Assembly (NCBI GenBank): GCA_001804125.1
Contig: MHFI01000036.1
Location: 23,123-87,122 of the forward strand
Direction: 5' to 3'
Source of the DNA: Omnitrophica bacterium RIFCSPHIGHO2_02_FULL_51_18
GTDB taxonomy: Bacteria > Omnitrophota > Gorgyraeia > 2-02-FULL-51-18
Length of the DNA stretch: 64,000 nt
Part shown: one piece after another, positions 1 to 10,049 of the stretch
How positions within the stretch are numbered: position 1 is the stretch's first letter
Layout: every line of letters starts with the position of its first letter
Made by a program: the position numbers and the translations under genes
Notes under the pieces: generated by a model
What the model was told of the DNA's origin: nothing
Databases searched by the model: none
The model's input: the letters and a program-made list of their open reading frames with translations, nothing else

Positions 1-994
1 TCACCAAGAGCAGAATGACAAGCACGAGGTACCTGGTTGGCTCCAGTTTTTTATAAACGTCTTTCAAGGCTGTTCTGGCCAACACCGCCGGCGGAATCGC
101 AAAATACAGAAAAAGAACCGCAAAACCAGGCCATTCGCGGATAAACCATTGTTTTGGCAGGCCGACCCCCAGCCATTTGATGAATACGATTTCGGAAAGG
201 TTGACGTTTACGAGCGGCACGACTTTGTGAACATTCCAGACCTCGAAGGGTCCGAAGAAATTCCAGTTCGGGCCCCGTAAAAAAGTCCCCATGATGATGA
301 GCAGGATCCAAAGAATCCAGAAACCGAAAAGATAGGCGATGATCACGGCCCGGCGCGCCTTGTAACAGTAAAAGCCCGAATTAGCCGGGTCGCGGTCTAT
401 ATAGGGAATGGCGCACAGCCCGATAATGATAAAGGTGGGCAGAAGTACGCCTGCGATCCACGGGTCAAAGTAAACAAGCATCTCCTGCAGGCCCAAAAAG
501 TACCAGGGCGCTTTGCTGGGATTCGGCGAGACGGTCGGGTTGGCCGGTTCTTCCAGCGGCGCTTTGAGCCACAAGGACCAGATCACGAGCATGGCGCCAT
601 AGGCCAGCGCAATCACGAATTCGATGAATATGAGGTAAGGAAACACGAGCACCTTGTCGTTGGTTTCGAGCTGTTCAACGGTGGGCTCCCCTTTTTCAAT
701 GCGGCGGTCATTCTCCACCGCTTTTTTCATCGCGAACCAGGTGAAATATCCGAAGATAAACATGAGGCCGACGATCGGAACGTTGTCGGGGGTGCTTACG
801 ATCTTTCGGAAATGCTCATCCGTGAGGCCGATTCCGAAAAAGGCAAGAACCAAAAAAAGAGTCCCCAGACTCACCCATTTACTGGTGAGTTGCCGCGGAA
901 ATGTGACAAATAAAATAAACACAGCCGTCGCAAACGTAAAAATGGTAACGGGAGATGAGACAGCGTCGATGAGGTGCTCGAAGGAATCAAACAT
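1..994 (-). CDS. Cytochrome b C-terminal subunit (subunit IV-like) of a bc/b6f-type complex. The 3' end runs off the window start, so it is absent from the ORF track.
   Basis: My own translation of the minus strand from the ATG at 992-994 gives a polytopic membrane protein with a KAPWYFLGLQE (PEWY-like) motif typical of the cytochrome b C-terminal domain. It lies directly downstream of cytochrome b. Confidence 0.7.
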   Translation of the reverse strand, partial: MFDSFEHLIDAVSSPVTIFTFATAVFILFVTFPRQLTSKWVSLGTLFLVLAFFGIGLTDEHFRKIVSTPDNVPIVGLMFIFGYFTWFAMKKAVENDRRIEKGEPTVEQLETNDKVLVFPYLIFIEFVIALAYGAMLVIWSLWLKAPLEEPANPTVSPNPSKAPWYFLGLQEMLVYFDPWIAGVLLPTFIIIGLCAIPYIDRDPANSGFYCYKARRAVIIAYLFGFWILWILLIIMGTFLRGPNWNFFGPFEVWNVHKVVPLVNVNLSEIVFIKWLGVGLPKQWFIREWPGFAVLFLYFAIPPAVLARTALKDVYKKLEPTRYLVLVILLLV

Positions 995-1003
995 ACTTAG
1001 AAT

Positions 1004-1074
1004 GTCATCTCGAGGCCCGAAGGGCCGAGAGATCTCCTACGCGAAGGAGATTTCTCGCTTCGCTCGAAATGACA
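1004..1074. repeat. Copy A of the GTCATYTCGAG...CTCGAAATGAC double-hairpin intergenic repeat family (divergent copy).
   Basis: Sits between cyt b and the C-terminal subunit gene. It is an inverted repeat whose arms each contain a GC-rich hairpin (gcccgaagggc, cgaagcg). Confidence 0.55.
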
Positions 1075-1105
1075 AATAAGAAGGCATAAGCACAACTTTT
1101 TTATA

Positions 1106-1885
1106 TTACAACGGTCCACTAATACCTCCGTCCTTGCGAATTCTCCAGAAGTGCACGGACATCAGCACCACGACTACTGTTGGAATCGCCACGCAATGCA
1201 GGATATAAAACCGTAAAAGCGCGCCCGCTCCCACGAAGCGCCCGCCTAAAAGCGCGAAGCGTACATCGCTTCCGGAATGGATGAGTTGGATATCCCCGAT
1301 GGACAAAAGCGCCGCCCCCGGCCCCTCATGTCCCAGAAACGGAGTTGCACGCGCCATGTTGCTGCCCACCGTGATGGCCCACATAGCCAGCTGATCCCAG
1401 GGAAGCAGGTAGCCGGTGAAACTTAGGAGCATGGTTAATACCAGCAGAATGACGCCGATAACCCAGTTGAATTCACGCGGCGGTTTGTAGGAGCCGGTCA
1501 TGAACACGCGGAACATGTGAAGCCAGACGGTGATGATCATCGCGTGGGCCCCCCAGCGGTGGAGTTCCCGCATGATGCCGAACGGCACGTGCTCGCGAAG
1601 CGCCAGGATGTCGTTGTAAGCATATTCCACGGTTGGGCGGTAATAAAACATGAGAAGTATGCCGCTGACGACGAGCGTGAGAAACACGAAAAACGAAAGC
1701 CCGCCCGCGCACCAGGTGAAACCGAAGCGCGCGCCGGACTTTCTCACCTTGACCGGATGAAGGTGGAAGAAAACGTTGGTCATGACCGAGAGCGCACGGT
1801 CACGGTCCGAGGTCGAGTAACCGTGCCGGAACATGGACTTGTAGATCTGCGAGTCGGTGATGAATTTACTTAGGTTGAATTTCAT
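1106..1885 (-). CDS. Cytochrome b (b6-like N-terminal haem-binding subunit) of the bc/b6f complex.
   Basis: 259 aa, multiple transmembrane helices with conserved His pairs. Sits between the Rieske gene and the subunit IV gene. Confidence 0.85.
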   Translation of the reverse strand: MKFNLSKFITDSQIYKSMFRHGYSTSDRDRALSVMTNVFFHLHPVKVRKSGARFGFTWCAGGLSFFVFLTLVVSGILLMFYYRPTVEYAYNDILALREHVPFGIMRELHRWGAHAMIITVWLHMFRVFMTGSYKPPREFNWVIGVILLVLTMLLSFTGYLLPWDQLAMWAITVGSNMARATPFLGHEGPGAALLSIGDIQLIHSGSDVRFALLGGRFVGAGALLRFYILHCVAIPTVVVVLMSVHFWRIRKDGGISGPL

Positions 1886-1899
1886 TCAGCTCCTTCCTT

Positions 1900-2436
1900 T
1901 CAACATACCAAAAACGACTCGGGGTTATTCCACTCGCCTTTTTCTTGTTGGAACTTTTTACTTTTATCGATCAAGATTTGCCCGTCCTCGGTCAGCCCGA
2001 TGCGGTAGCGTTCCAGCGGCCGGGGGGCTGGGCCCTCAAAATTTATCCCGGTTTTGTAAAAACCGCTGCCGTGGCATGGACATTTAAATTTATTTTCATT
2101 CGTAAGCCAGTTGGGAGTGCAGCCTAAGTGAGTGCAGATCGTCGAAAGCGCATAAATCCCCTCCGCGGTCCGGACCATCCACACGCCGAATTTCTCTTTC
2201 CAACGTTCATCCACCCCTCCGACCTCATAATCATCCGGAAGGCCTGCCTTAAAGGAGGTGGGAGGTTCAAACACGACATTAGGAAAAAGGAAACGTAAGA
2301 CGATGGAAAGCGCGCCGCCGGTGGCCGCTCCGAAACTGACCCAGGCGAGACCAAACCATGAAAGGAATTTCCGGCGGTTCATCGTGGGCCCGCCTGCCGA
2401 CGCCGGTGTTGCGGGTATTTGTGGAATATCAGACAA
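1900..2436 (-). CDS. Rieske 2Fe-2S subunit with a Tat signal peptide.
   Basis: Twin-arginine RRKFL signal and the two Rieske boxes CTHLGC and CPCHGS. Confidence 0.85.
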   Translation of the reverse strand: MSDIPQIPATPASAGGPTMNRRKFLSWFGLAWVSFGAATGGALSIVLRFLFPNVVFEPPTSFKAGLPDDYEVGGVDERWKEKFGVWMVRTAEGIYALSTICTHLGCTPNWLTNENKFKCPCHGSGFYKTGINFEGPAPRPLERYRIGLTEDGQILIDKSKKFQQEKGEWNNPESFLVC

Positions 2437-2503
2437 TTAAGAATCCTTGTTTATGACGTACGAACATTGGAGCATTACATTTTAATGATGTTGTTTCAGA
2501 ATA

Positions 2504-3361
2504 TCAAGCTTGTCGTGCGCTCAAAACATCCAAGGCCGCCTGCCGAACCTTAAGGCTCTTGTCGGTCCTGGAAATTTTTCTCAAAGACTCGAAAGATTGC
2601 GTGTCGCCCACCAGCGCTATTCCTTTAATGGCGTTTATCATGATGTTTTCAACCTCTTCTTCACTCATCGCATGAGCGCTTAAGAGGCTTTGCCGCTCCA
2701 GCATCTGGAGAAGAAGCGGAAGCCCTGAAGGATCTCCCAGCCTTGCGAGTGCCAGCGCCGCGTTCCACCGGACATCGGTGACTTTGTCGTTAAGGAGAGG
2801 TCTTAAATGAGGGAGCGCTTCCCTGCTCCCGATGGCCCCGAGCACGTACGCCGCCGTTTTTTTTAAGCTTTCCTTTTCGTTTTTCAGAAAAGGCATGATG
2901 GCAGGCGCTGAAGAACCGGCTTTCACAGCGCCCAGCGCCCATAACGCATAAAGTTGGACGTCTTCGGAAGGGTCCCCGAGCGCTCGTGTCAGCGCCGCTT
3001 GAGAGACAGCGCTTCCAAAATGACTTAACGCGAGCGCCATGTAACTTCTTGTTTTAGGGTCATAACGGGAGACGTCTTCGAGGATGTGGATCATTTCCTG
3101 GACGAGCCCTTCCGATCGGATATTTTCCTTCCGGTGGTTTAGTTCGTTCGAAAGCTCATAGGCTTTCTGCCAGCGCCTTGAGGGCGAGCCGGTCTTGATG
3201 GCGGTAATCAGTGATTCCGGTGATTCCTGCTCATGCGTGAGAAACACCACCCCGCACAAAAGCACAGCCATGCCGACCGCGATGAGGAGCGGAAATACGA
3301 ACAAACCGAAAAATAGCTTTCTTTGGGTGTTTGGTTTGGAGGCTGTGTCAGAGGCGTTCAT
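2504..3361 (-). CDS. HEAT-repeat (PBS lyase-like) protein with an N-terminal membrane anchor.
   Basis: Repeated ...ALGxIGxxxALPxLxxLLxDxxxxVRxxAAxAL... units. Confidence 0.6.
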   Translation of the reverse strand: MNASDTASKPNTQRKLFFGLFVFPLLIAVGMAVLLCGVVFLTHEQESPESLITAIKTGSPSRRWQKAYELSNELNHRKENIRSEGLVQEMIHILEDVSRYDPKTRSYMALALSHFGSAVSQAALTRALGDPSEDVQLYALWALGAVKAGSSAPAIMPFLKNEKESLKKTAAYVLGAIGSREALPHLRPLLNDKVTDVRWNAALALARLGDPSGLPLLLQMLERQSLLSAHAMSEEEVENIMINAIKGIALVGDTQSFESLRKISRTDKSLKVRQAALDVLSARQA

Positions 3362-3364
3362 TCG

Positions 3365-4573
3365 TCAATCCCTAAGACTTAGACCCACCCAGACCGTGGT
3401 GAAAACCACCAGTGCCGTGATCATAAACGGCAGGCGAAAGCCGATCCCGAATAAAATCCCCCCCCACGTCGGGCCAATCACGCGTCCCAGCGCTGACAGG
3501 CCTTGCGCGGTACCCATCAAGGCGCCTATCCCCGAAGGCTGCGAATGTTTTGAGATCAGGCTGTTCAGCGTGGGTCCGTTCAAGCTTCCGCCGACGGCTA
3601 AGACGGCAAGATATAAAGAAAGTGTTTGAATGTTGCGAGCCAACGGGATGAGGGCCAGGCCTAGGGCCATCAAGAGACTGCCGGCGACGAACAGTTTTCT
3701 TTCCCCGAACGTTTTTTCAAGCATGCGGATAAGTCCGCCCTGTATGAATACCGCGATAAGCCCCATGATCGCAAATAGAATGCCGACATTTTCGGTGGTC
3801 AGCCCAAGTTGTCGGCTGCAGAAAAGCGGGAATGCGCTGTAGAGCGCGGAGTGCCCGACCGATATGAGAAGAAGGCTTATAAGGAGAGCTGTCAAGACGG
3901 AGTCTTTATTTTTTTTCGATAATGAACGCCAGAATTTTCTCGTAAAGATGCCTGCCCGGACAATTCTTTCGGCGTCACTGCTTTGGGAAAGCTTCACGGT
4001 TTCGGGGAGCCTGGTGAGTACAAGAAAGAAGCTTACGGTTGATAAAAATGCCGCAAAAAATCCGGGGACCGCGTACTTATTTTGGCCCATGTGAAAAAAA
4101 TCGGCCACACTTGAATGGATTAAAACCGCGGAGATCGCCGGGCCTATCACAAAACCGATGCCGAAAGCGGCGCCGATAAGCCCCATGCCTTTGGTTCTCT
4201 CCTCATGCGTTGTCACGTCGGCCACATAAGCCTGCGCGGTTGAAATATTGCCGCCCATGATGCCCGCAAGCACCCGGGAGACCAGAAGAAGCGCCAGTGA
4301 ATGCGACAGCGCAAAAAGGACGTAAGAGAGCGCCGAGCCGAGCGTGCTTAAAAGCATGATCGGCCGCCGGCCGAACCGGTCGGAGAGACTGCCCCAGAAT
4401 GGCGAAAATACAAGCTGTGCCAGGGAATACACGCTGTAAAGGAGCCCTATGGTGACGGCCGATGCTTGAAACTCGGAGGCATAAAAAGGAAGAAGCGGCA
4501 GTACAATGCCGAAGCCCATCAGGTCGATCAACACCACTAAAAACACCGTGAAAAGCGCCGATTTTTTATTCAA
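3365..4573 (-). CDS. MFS transporter (drug/H+ antiporter-like).
   Basis: 402 aa, 12 predicted transmembrane segments, MFS motif GRRPxxLLS. TTG start with a GGAGGAG ribosome-binding site. Confidence 0.8.
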   Translation of the reverse strand: MNKKSALFTVFLVVLIDLMGFGIVLPLLPFYASEFQASAVTIGLLYSVYSLAQLVFSPFWGSLSDRFGRRPIMLLSTLGSALSYVLFALSHSLALLLVSRVLAGIMGGNISTAQAYVADVTTHEERTKGMGLIGAAFGIGFVIGPAISAVLIHSSVADFFHMGQNKYAVPGFFAAFLSTVSFFLVLTRLPETVKLSQSSDAERIVRAGIFTRKFWRSLSKKNKDSVLTALLISLLLISVGHSALYSAFPLFCSRQLGLTTENVGILFAIMGLIAVFIQGGLIRMLEKTFGERKLFVAGSLLMALGLALIPLARNIQTLSLYLAVLAVGGSLNGPTLNSLISKHSQPSGIGALMGTAQGLSALGRVIGPTWGGILFGIGFRLPFMITALVVFTTVWVGLSLRD

Positions 4574-4585
4574 AAACTCCTCCTA

Positions 4586-4715
4586 TGTCATTCCCGCGCA
4601 AGCGGGAATCAGCACGTCATCCTAAGCCGCATAACAAACGTCATTCTGAACGAGCGAAGCGAGTGAAGAATCCCGTTTTTAGATCCTTCGGCGACTGCGT
4701 CGCCTCAGGATGACA
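4586..4715. repeat. Copy B of the GTCATYCTGAG...CTCAGGATGAC double-hairpin repeat family, with an extra 5' hairpin (attcccgcgcaagcgggaat) and a half-copy.
   Basis: Termini gtcattctgaacgagcgaagcg...gaagaatc CCGTTTTTAGA gatccttcggcgactgcgtcgcctcaggatgac. Lies between the helicase 3' end and the MFS start. Confidence 0.6.
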
Positions 4716-4763
4716 TACAGAGGACGGACCCGCCTTTTGTGTGGCGGGCGCGGGGATGACAGT

Positions 4764-6791
4764 TTAACTCAAATAAATTGTCTTTTCATTTCCGGTTTCT
4801 TCCTCCACTTCCAAATCGTCAACGACGTGGGACGGAAGCTCCTCGATGAACAAAGAGGGATGGTTGATCACGGTGCCTTCATTATAATCATAACGCGTCA
4901 TCGGGTGAACCAAAATCAGCTCTTCTTTGGCGCGCGTGACGGCCACATAAAAAAGCCGCCGTTCCTCCTCTATTTCTTCTTCACTTTCCATGGATTTGGC
5001 ATGGGGAAACTGGCCCTCGGAGAGCCCGATCACAAATACGGCGCGCCATTCGAGGCCCTTGGCCTGGTGGATCGTCGACAGAATAAGCTCGTCTTCGGGC
5101 TCATCGGGAGCGCCGCTTTCAAGAATGCTCTCCCCCTTAAAACTTTCGCGAAGCGTCACGTCCGCGAGAAACTCTTTCAGGTGCTTGTAGGTGTGCGCAA
5201 AATTCACAAGCTCTTTCAGGTCTTCGAGGCGGTCCCGGGCGTTTTCAAAATTCATAAGCACGTACTGATTGTAACCTTTGTCCAGCACCCGTTCGATCAG
5301 GACATCGGGACTGTCTTTCAGATCTTCCTTGATGAGGCTTTTGAAGGTTTTTTTGAAGCCCGAAAGGCCTTCCCTCACCCGGGGAGGCAGATTTTCCCCG
5401 AAGGAAGGCAAAGCCACCGGGCGGGGGTCCCCTTTTTCTTTTTCAACCAGGTTAAAAATTTTCTCCGCGTAACCGGCGCCGATGCCCGGCTGGAGCGTGA
5501 GCGCGCGTATCCACGAAAGCTCGTCCATCGGATTTAAAACAATCTTAAGATAGGCCAGCACATCCTTGATGTGCGCCTGCTCGAAGAAACGCACGCCGCC
5601 CCGGATCACGTAGGAAAGCCCGCGCTTGGCAAGTTCCATTTCCAGGTCCGCCGCCTGGTAACGCGCCCGGAAAAGAACCGCGATTTGTGAAAATTCCGCG
5701 CCCTGTTCGTGAAGCTCGCAGATTCTTTGCGCGACAAACGCCGCTTCCTGGCGATTGTCGCGAACCTTCACAAACTGGGGTGTCGTGCCTTCGTTTTTAA
5801 TGCTTTTGAGGGTCTTCGGAAATTGATGGACGTTGTGCTTGATGCTTTGATTGGCAAGCTCAAGAATGGGCTTCGTCGAGCGATAGTTGGTTTCCAGCTT
5901 GAATATTTTCGTGTTTTCGTAGTGCCCGGGAAAATCAAGGATATTTTTTATGTCCGCGGCGCGGAAAGAATAAATCGACTGCGCGTCGTCCCCGACGACG
6001 AGGATTTGCTTATGATGGCTTGAAAGGCTATAGATAAGCTCCTGCTGCAGGCGGTTGGTGTCCTGGTATTCATCGACGAGAATATGGCGGAACTGGCGCG
6101 TGAGGCGTTCGTGTATCTTCAAGGATTTCTGCAGGAGCTCCACCCACTTGACCAGCAGGTCATCATAGTCGAGGTTGTTTGTTTTTCTTTTCTTTTCGTT
6201 GTAGAGCGCCCTGATTTTTTCGAATTCCCGGATGAATGTCCCGAGATACGCGTAGCGGCCGGTGACAACTTCGGAGATTGATTTTTTTGCGTTCACGGAA
6301 AAACTTAAAATCGACTGGACGATGCCGGGCTTCGGAAAACGCGCTCCCACCGCCTGGATATTGAGTGATTTCACGCAAGCCTTTACCAGGTCGCGGCTGT
6401 CCTCCTCGTCGAGGATGCCAAAATCCTCTGAAAGCCCGATGGAGCGTCCGTACATCCTTAAGAGCCGGTTCCCGATATGGTGAAACGTGCCGCACCAGAG
6501 CCCTTTGGCTTTGGTTTTAAGCAGAAGCTCAACCCGGTTCCTCATTTCCTGCGCGGCTTTGTTCGTAAATGTGACGAGGAGTATCTCCTCGGGCCGGGCG
6601 CCTTTCTCCAAAAGATGGGAAACACGGTAGATCAGCGTCCGGGTTTTGCCGCTCCCCGCTCCGGCGAGCACGAGGCACGGCCCGTCGGCTTTCATCACGA
6701 CTTCAAGCTGCGACGGGTTCAGCTCCTTGGGGTAGTCAATCGTGAACTGCGCGGGAAACGCGGGAGTTTTTAAAACGTATTTTTTACTCAA
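4764..6791 (-). CDS. UvrD/Rep/PcrA family ATP-dependent DNA helicase.
   Basis: Walker A AGAGSGKTRTL, motifs VDEYQDTN, VGDDAQSIYSFRAA, LETNYRS and TIHQAKGLEW. 675 aa. Confidence 0.85.
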   Translation of the reverse strand: MSKKYVLKTPAFPAQFTIDYPKELNPSQLEVVMKADGPCLVLAGAGSGKTRTLIYRVSHLLEKGARPEEILLVTFTNKAAQEMRNRVELLLKTKAKGLWCGTFHHIGNRLLRMYGRSIGLSEDFGILDEEDSRDLVKACVKSLNIQAVGARFPKPGIVQSILSFSVNAKKSISEVVTGRYAYLGTFIREFEKIRALYNEKKRKTNNLDYDDLLVKWVELLQKSLKIHERLTRQFRHILVDEYQDTNRLQQELIYSLSSHHKQILVVGDDAQSIYSFRAADIKNILDFPGHYENTKIFKLETNYRSTKPILELANQSIKHNVHQFPKTLKSIKNEGTTPQFVKVRDNRQEAAFVAQRICELHEQGAEFSQIAVLFRARYQAADLEMELAKRGLSYVIRGGVRFFEQAHIKDVLAYLKIVLNPMDELSWIRALTLQPGIGAGYAEKIFNLVEKEKGDPRPVALPSFGENLPPRVREGLSGFKKTFKSLIKEDLKDSPDVLIERVLDKGYNQYVLMNFENARDRLEDLKELVNFAHTYKHLKEFLADVTLRESFKGESILESGAPDEPEDELILSTIHQAKGLEWRAVFVIGLSEGQFPHAKSMESEEEIEEERRLFYVAVTRAKEELILVHPMTRYDYNEGTVINHPSLFIEELPSHVVDDLEVEEETGNEKTIYLS

Positions 6792-6816
6792 GGGGGGAGC
6801 GCTGCTTATACGTAAC

Positions 6817-8457
6817 TCAGCAAGAGGACAGTTCCTTTACGAGCGCCGTCATGCTCCTTACGACGTGATTGGCCATTTCAATTTCGGAGGCATCAAAGTC
6901 CTTGTAAAAATTGATCGTGGAAATGTTCACGACTCCCAAAGGTTTTTCTTCCTCCAGAAGCGGGATGCAAAGAAGCGATTTAAGCCTGATCTCGGGCGCC
7001 TCCTCATGCCTCATGAACCGCGACAAGAGATTCATGCGGTTTGTCTCTTTTAGTTTTGTGATGGAGATGATCTTCGCCTCTTTTAACGCGAGGCCTGCGA
7101 TGCCTTCCCCCCATTTTACGGGGATCCCCGAAATCGGATAGACCTTGTAGCCTTTTGCGGCGCAGACTTTGAGCTCCCTGGCCGAGTCATCATACCTCAT
7201 GACCGAGGAACGCTCAGCCCCCAGAATGTTGATCAGAGACCCCAGACAAAAGTCGAGCACGGTGTTGAGGGGCTCGGCCGAGGCGCCTTTTTTCTTGAGC
7301 TCATCCAAGAGCAGTGTAAACTCGTCCTGTTTTTTTGTTTTCGTGAAAAGAATCGCGCTGACGAGCGCTTTGGAAATGGTTTGGCCCAGGCGTTGGTAAA
7401 ACTTGTAATTGGTTTTTCCGAAGAAATGCTCGAGGGGCGTTCCGATCAGCATAAAACCCGCCACTTCATGGAACTTTCGTATCGGCAAGACGAGGAATTC
7501 ACGCTGGATGTGCGGGCTTACCGCGTCGATAAGGCTCTTAGGGAGACTGCGGTAACCTTTAAAATGCTCAAATTTTTTGGATTCGTCGTAAAGCGCGTCC
7601 TGAAACTCCTTGGGCAGTTCCGAGGCGTAAAATGTCTCCAGGAAGCTGCACTCGGGCGAAGGCTGGGATTCCTGGTGATACACGGTCACCCGCTTCCTTT
7701 CTTCGTCAAACAATCCGAAGTAAACATTGGAGTAAGCCGGGCAGTTCAGCAACAGATGCTGGGTCACGATTTTTAGGAGCTTCGGCAGGTGCGGTTCGTT
7801 GTCAATGGCCTCGGCGAGTTTCTGGATGCGGGAAAGCTGATGCAGGCGGTTCTTAAGCTTGTGGTTGATGTTGTTGATCACCAACTGCATAGAACTCAGT
7901 TCTTTTGAGGTATGAAGGAACGCGAAATCCTTCGTTTTTGACAGCTCCTCGCGCAGGGACAGGTTTTCTTCCTGCAAGCCCCCGGTTATTTTCTGCATCT
8001 CTTTTTTGGCGGCTCGGAAGTAGCTGATCGCCAGCGCCGTCAGCCCTTCATTGTGAATTTCCTCGAGGTCTACGAGGATCTCGGGCAGTTTCGAGCGGTG
8101 GGGATAGGTTTCAAGAAACTCTGAGGCGCACACCTCCTCAAAAAGATGAAGCGAGATCATGACTTCTTCAAACGGGATACCGAGGCGGTAGAACGTCTCC
8201 CCTTTTTCGCTCAAAGTTTCCAGATATGCGTCGATCCGTCCTTCCTTGAGACAACCGATGAAATTCTCGACCAGTTCCCGGAAAGTTTTCCCGACTCTTT
8301 TTTCTGAGAAAAAAGCGCCACGGCCGAAATTGTCGAGGTAAAGCCTGGCCCAGCGCTCCGCGAGCGTCCCGGCCAACGGTGATAGAAAGCCGGCCTGTTC
8401 GATTAAAGCCGTTTCGAGGGTTTTGGATTCCGCGGTGGAAACTAAATTATCAGGCAT
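6817..8457 (-). CDS. GAF-domain sensor-like protein with no recognisable output domain.
   Basis: 546 aa. Two GAF-like regions plus an N-terminal helical domain. Assignment from composition and pattern only. Confidence 0.4.
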   Translation of the reverse strand: MPDNLVSTAESKTLETALIEQAGFLSPLAGTLAERWARLYLDNFGRGAFFSEKRVGKTFRELVENFIGCLKEGRIDAYLETLSEKGETFYRLGIPFEEVMISLHLFEEVCASEFLETYPHRSKLPEILVDLEEIHNEGLTALAISYFRAAKKEMQKITGGLQEENLSLREELSKTKDFAFLHTSKELSSMQLVINNINHKLKNRLHQLSRIQKLAEAIDNEPHLPKLLKIVTQHLLLNCPAYSNVYFGLFDEERKRVTVYHQESQPSPECSFLETFYASELPKEFQDALYDESKKFEHFKGYRSLPKSLIDAVSPHIQREFLVLPIRKFHEVAGFMLIGTPLEHFFGKTNYKFYQRLGQTISKALVSAILFTKTKKQDEFTLLLDELKKKGASAEPLNTVLDFCLGSLINILGAERSSVMRYDDSARELKVCAAKGYKVYPISGIPVKWGEGIAGLALKEAKIISITKLKETNRMNLLSRFMRHEEAPEIRLKSLLCIPLLEEEKPLGVVNISTINFYKDFDASEIEMANHVVRSMTALVKELSSC

Positions 8458-8461
8458 CGGT

Positions 8462-9241
8462 CTATGGCAGGCTTACAAGATCGCCGGGTTCTATTTCAGC
8501 GCGCGTGTATTCGGGAAGCACCAGCGCTGCCGAAAGGGTCGCTCGGAGTTTTTGGACCACGGCTTTGCCGACGAGGCGGCTGTCACGGACAACATTCAGG
8601 ACCGCCCCTTGCTTGATCCCGTCTTTCGATCCGGCATTGATAAGGATAAATCCGTAGTTTTTGTCCACGTGTTCGACTCGGGCCACATTGCCGGAAGATT
8701 TTTGGACCACAATCCGGCCCAGTTTCACGTCCGGGGCATCCGGGATACCTGTCCTGTCTTTCGCCTCCCCGCCCTCTTTGCGCTTGGCTCGGGGACCCGC
8801 ACCGGCTGCCTCGAGTTTTTTGAGGGTATCCACAAGGTCCTGCCTGTCCGCTTCCAGCCGGCTTATTTTTTTCGTCAGCTCGGAAATTTTATTTTCGTTC
8901 GCGAGGTTTTGCTGTTCCAGGCCGTCTTTTTCGCGCAGCGCTGAATCAAGCTTTAAAGCCAGCTCCCTCCCGCTTTCTTCGTAACCGGCCATTTCTTGTT
9001 CAAGCGAAGCGATTCGGGTGTTCAAATTTTTTTCGTTCTCCGCCTTGGCCCTGCCGAGGTCCTCCAGTTCCGCTTGGACTGCCGCAAGCTCGGCTATTTT
9101 TGTCCGGAGCTGGGTTTCTTTTTCAGCCCTTAATTTTATTTCATGTTGTTTTTGAGCGTGGGCGGAAAATAAGGCAAAACCAAGCAATGAAACGATGATA
9201 AAAAGCAGGATAAGAATGGGGTTTTGTTTATTCATGAGCAA
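8462..9241 (-). CDS. Secreted or membrane-anchored coiled-coil protein with a small C-terminal beta domain.
   Basis: N-terminal hydrophobic segment, then about 150 aa of heptad-rich sequence (KLRAEKETQLR...). Confidence 0.4.
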   Translation of the reverse strand: MLMNKQNPILILLFIIVSLLGFALFSAHAQKQHEIKLRAEKETQLRTKIAELAAVQAELEDLGRAKAENEKNLNTRIASLEQEMAGYEESGRELALKLDSALREKDGLEQQNLANENKISELTKKISRLEADRQDLVDTLKKLEAAGAGPRAKRKEGGEAKDRTGIPDAPDVKLGRIVVQKSSGNVARVEHVDKNYGFILINAGSKDGIKQGAVLNVVRDSRLVGKAVVQKLRATLSAALVLPEYTRAEIEPGDLVSLP

Positions 9242-9308
9242 TAGGATTTAAAATACATGAATTTACCGCAAAGCGCAACCTTAATATGGACTGACCCCGC
9301 CTCCTTTT

Positions 9309-9713
9309 TTAGAGGTGTTTCGCTTCATATTTCCAGAAATCGCTAGGGGAAATAATATCAATGTTTTGATAAGGGCTTATTTTTAATAAAGCTTTGTCTC
9401 CGGTGATGATGCATTGGCATTTACCGGAGACAGCAGAACCTAGAATGGGCGGATCTTCAGGATCTTCACAGGCGCTGTCGGGGACGTCCGCGGGGATGTA
9501 AATTGTGGACTTTATTTGTGTGATTTCTACGGCGCGTGCCGCCTCAAATGTAGAATAACGAAATTTTGTAATCAAAGTTTTTTGAAGCTCGTCAAGAATG
9601 TAGTCTGAAGTGACAAGTGTGTGATTGCGTCCGCAGTGTTCGAATAGCTCGGTGCAGGCGCCGTGCACAATGAAGCCGGCGATGAGCACGTTTGCGTCGA
9701 GTAAAATTCTCAC
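9309..9713 (-). CDS. PIN-domain toxin (TA system toxin component, PIN family).
   Basis: MRILLDANVLIAG... with acidic catalytic residues. Paired with the upstream RHH gene by a 4-bp overlap. Confidence 0.75.
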   Translation of the reverse strand: MRILLDANVLIAGFIVHGACTELFEHCGRNHTLVTSDYILDELQKTLITKFRYSTFEAARAVEITQIKSTIYIPADVPDSACEDPEDPPILGSAVSGKCQCIITGDKALLKISPYQNIDIISPSDFWKYEAKHL

Positions 9714-9928
9714 GAAACTCGATCAAAAACATCCTGATCTGTGTAAATGCCCTGCGCTTTGGCTTTTGGGACCATTTGGCTGCGAAGTGCGCGAAATTGA
9801 TGCACAAACAGATAGTCCTTAATGGATTGTCGAATCAGATCGCTGCGCGAAATCCCCTCTTCAGCTGAGAGAGCGTCTATTTCTTTTTTGACCTCTTTTG
9901 GAAGGCTAATGGTAATAATTTGTCTCAT
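9710..9928 (-). CDS. Ribbon-helix-helix (CopG-like) antitoxin.
   Basis: MRQIITISLPKEVKKEIDALSAEEGISRSDLIRQSI. The longer ORF-track start is an artefact of reading into the REP palindrome. Confidence 0.65.
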   Translation of the reverse strand: MRQIITISLPKEVKKEIDALSAEEGISRSDLIRQSIKDYLFVHQFRALRSQMVPKAKAQGIYTDQDVFDRVS

Positions 9929-9992
9929 GATTATCTCCTGTATTAAATAATAATACATAAAATGACTTATGTCAATAGATGATTTGATCACA

Positions 9993-10027
9993 GGGACACC
10001 CATTTTCCAATGGAAAATGGGTGTCCC
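9993..10027. repeat. REP-like perfect palindrome GGGACACCCATTTTCCAATGGAAAATGGGTGTCCC.
   Basis: 35-bp perfect hairpin with a plus-strand T-tract after it. One of three copies. Confidence 0.8.
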
Positions 10028-10049
10028 TTTTTGTGACTGTCACTCCCCT

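Noticed and set aside
654-1079. 141-aa plus-strand ORF listed in the ORF track.
   Set aside because: The minus strand here encodes a clear cytochrome b C-terminal membrane subunit with a PEWY-like motif. The plus-strand translation has no features.
4710-5537. 275-aa plus-strand ORF overlapping the helicase gene.
   Set aside because: Antisense to a well-supported UvrD/Rep helicase with all motifs. No start context or domain signature.
9241-9310. Possible tmRNA or tRNA 3' end (CCCCGCCTCC resembles the tmRNA acceptor arm) at the island edge.
   Set aside because: No T-loop (GTTCGANNC) or paired acceptor partner could be found. It looks like an att-like direct repeat rather than an RNA gene.
9929-10003. 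N-terminal extension of the RHH antitoxin ORF (MGVPVIKSS...).
   Set aside because: The extension is simply the translation of the REP palindrome. The conserved RHH domain starts at the MRQII methionine.
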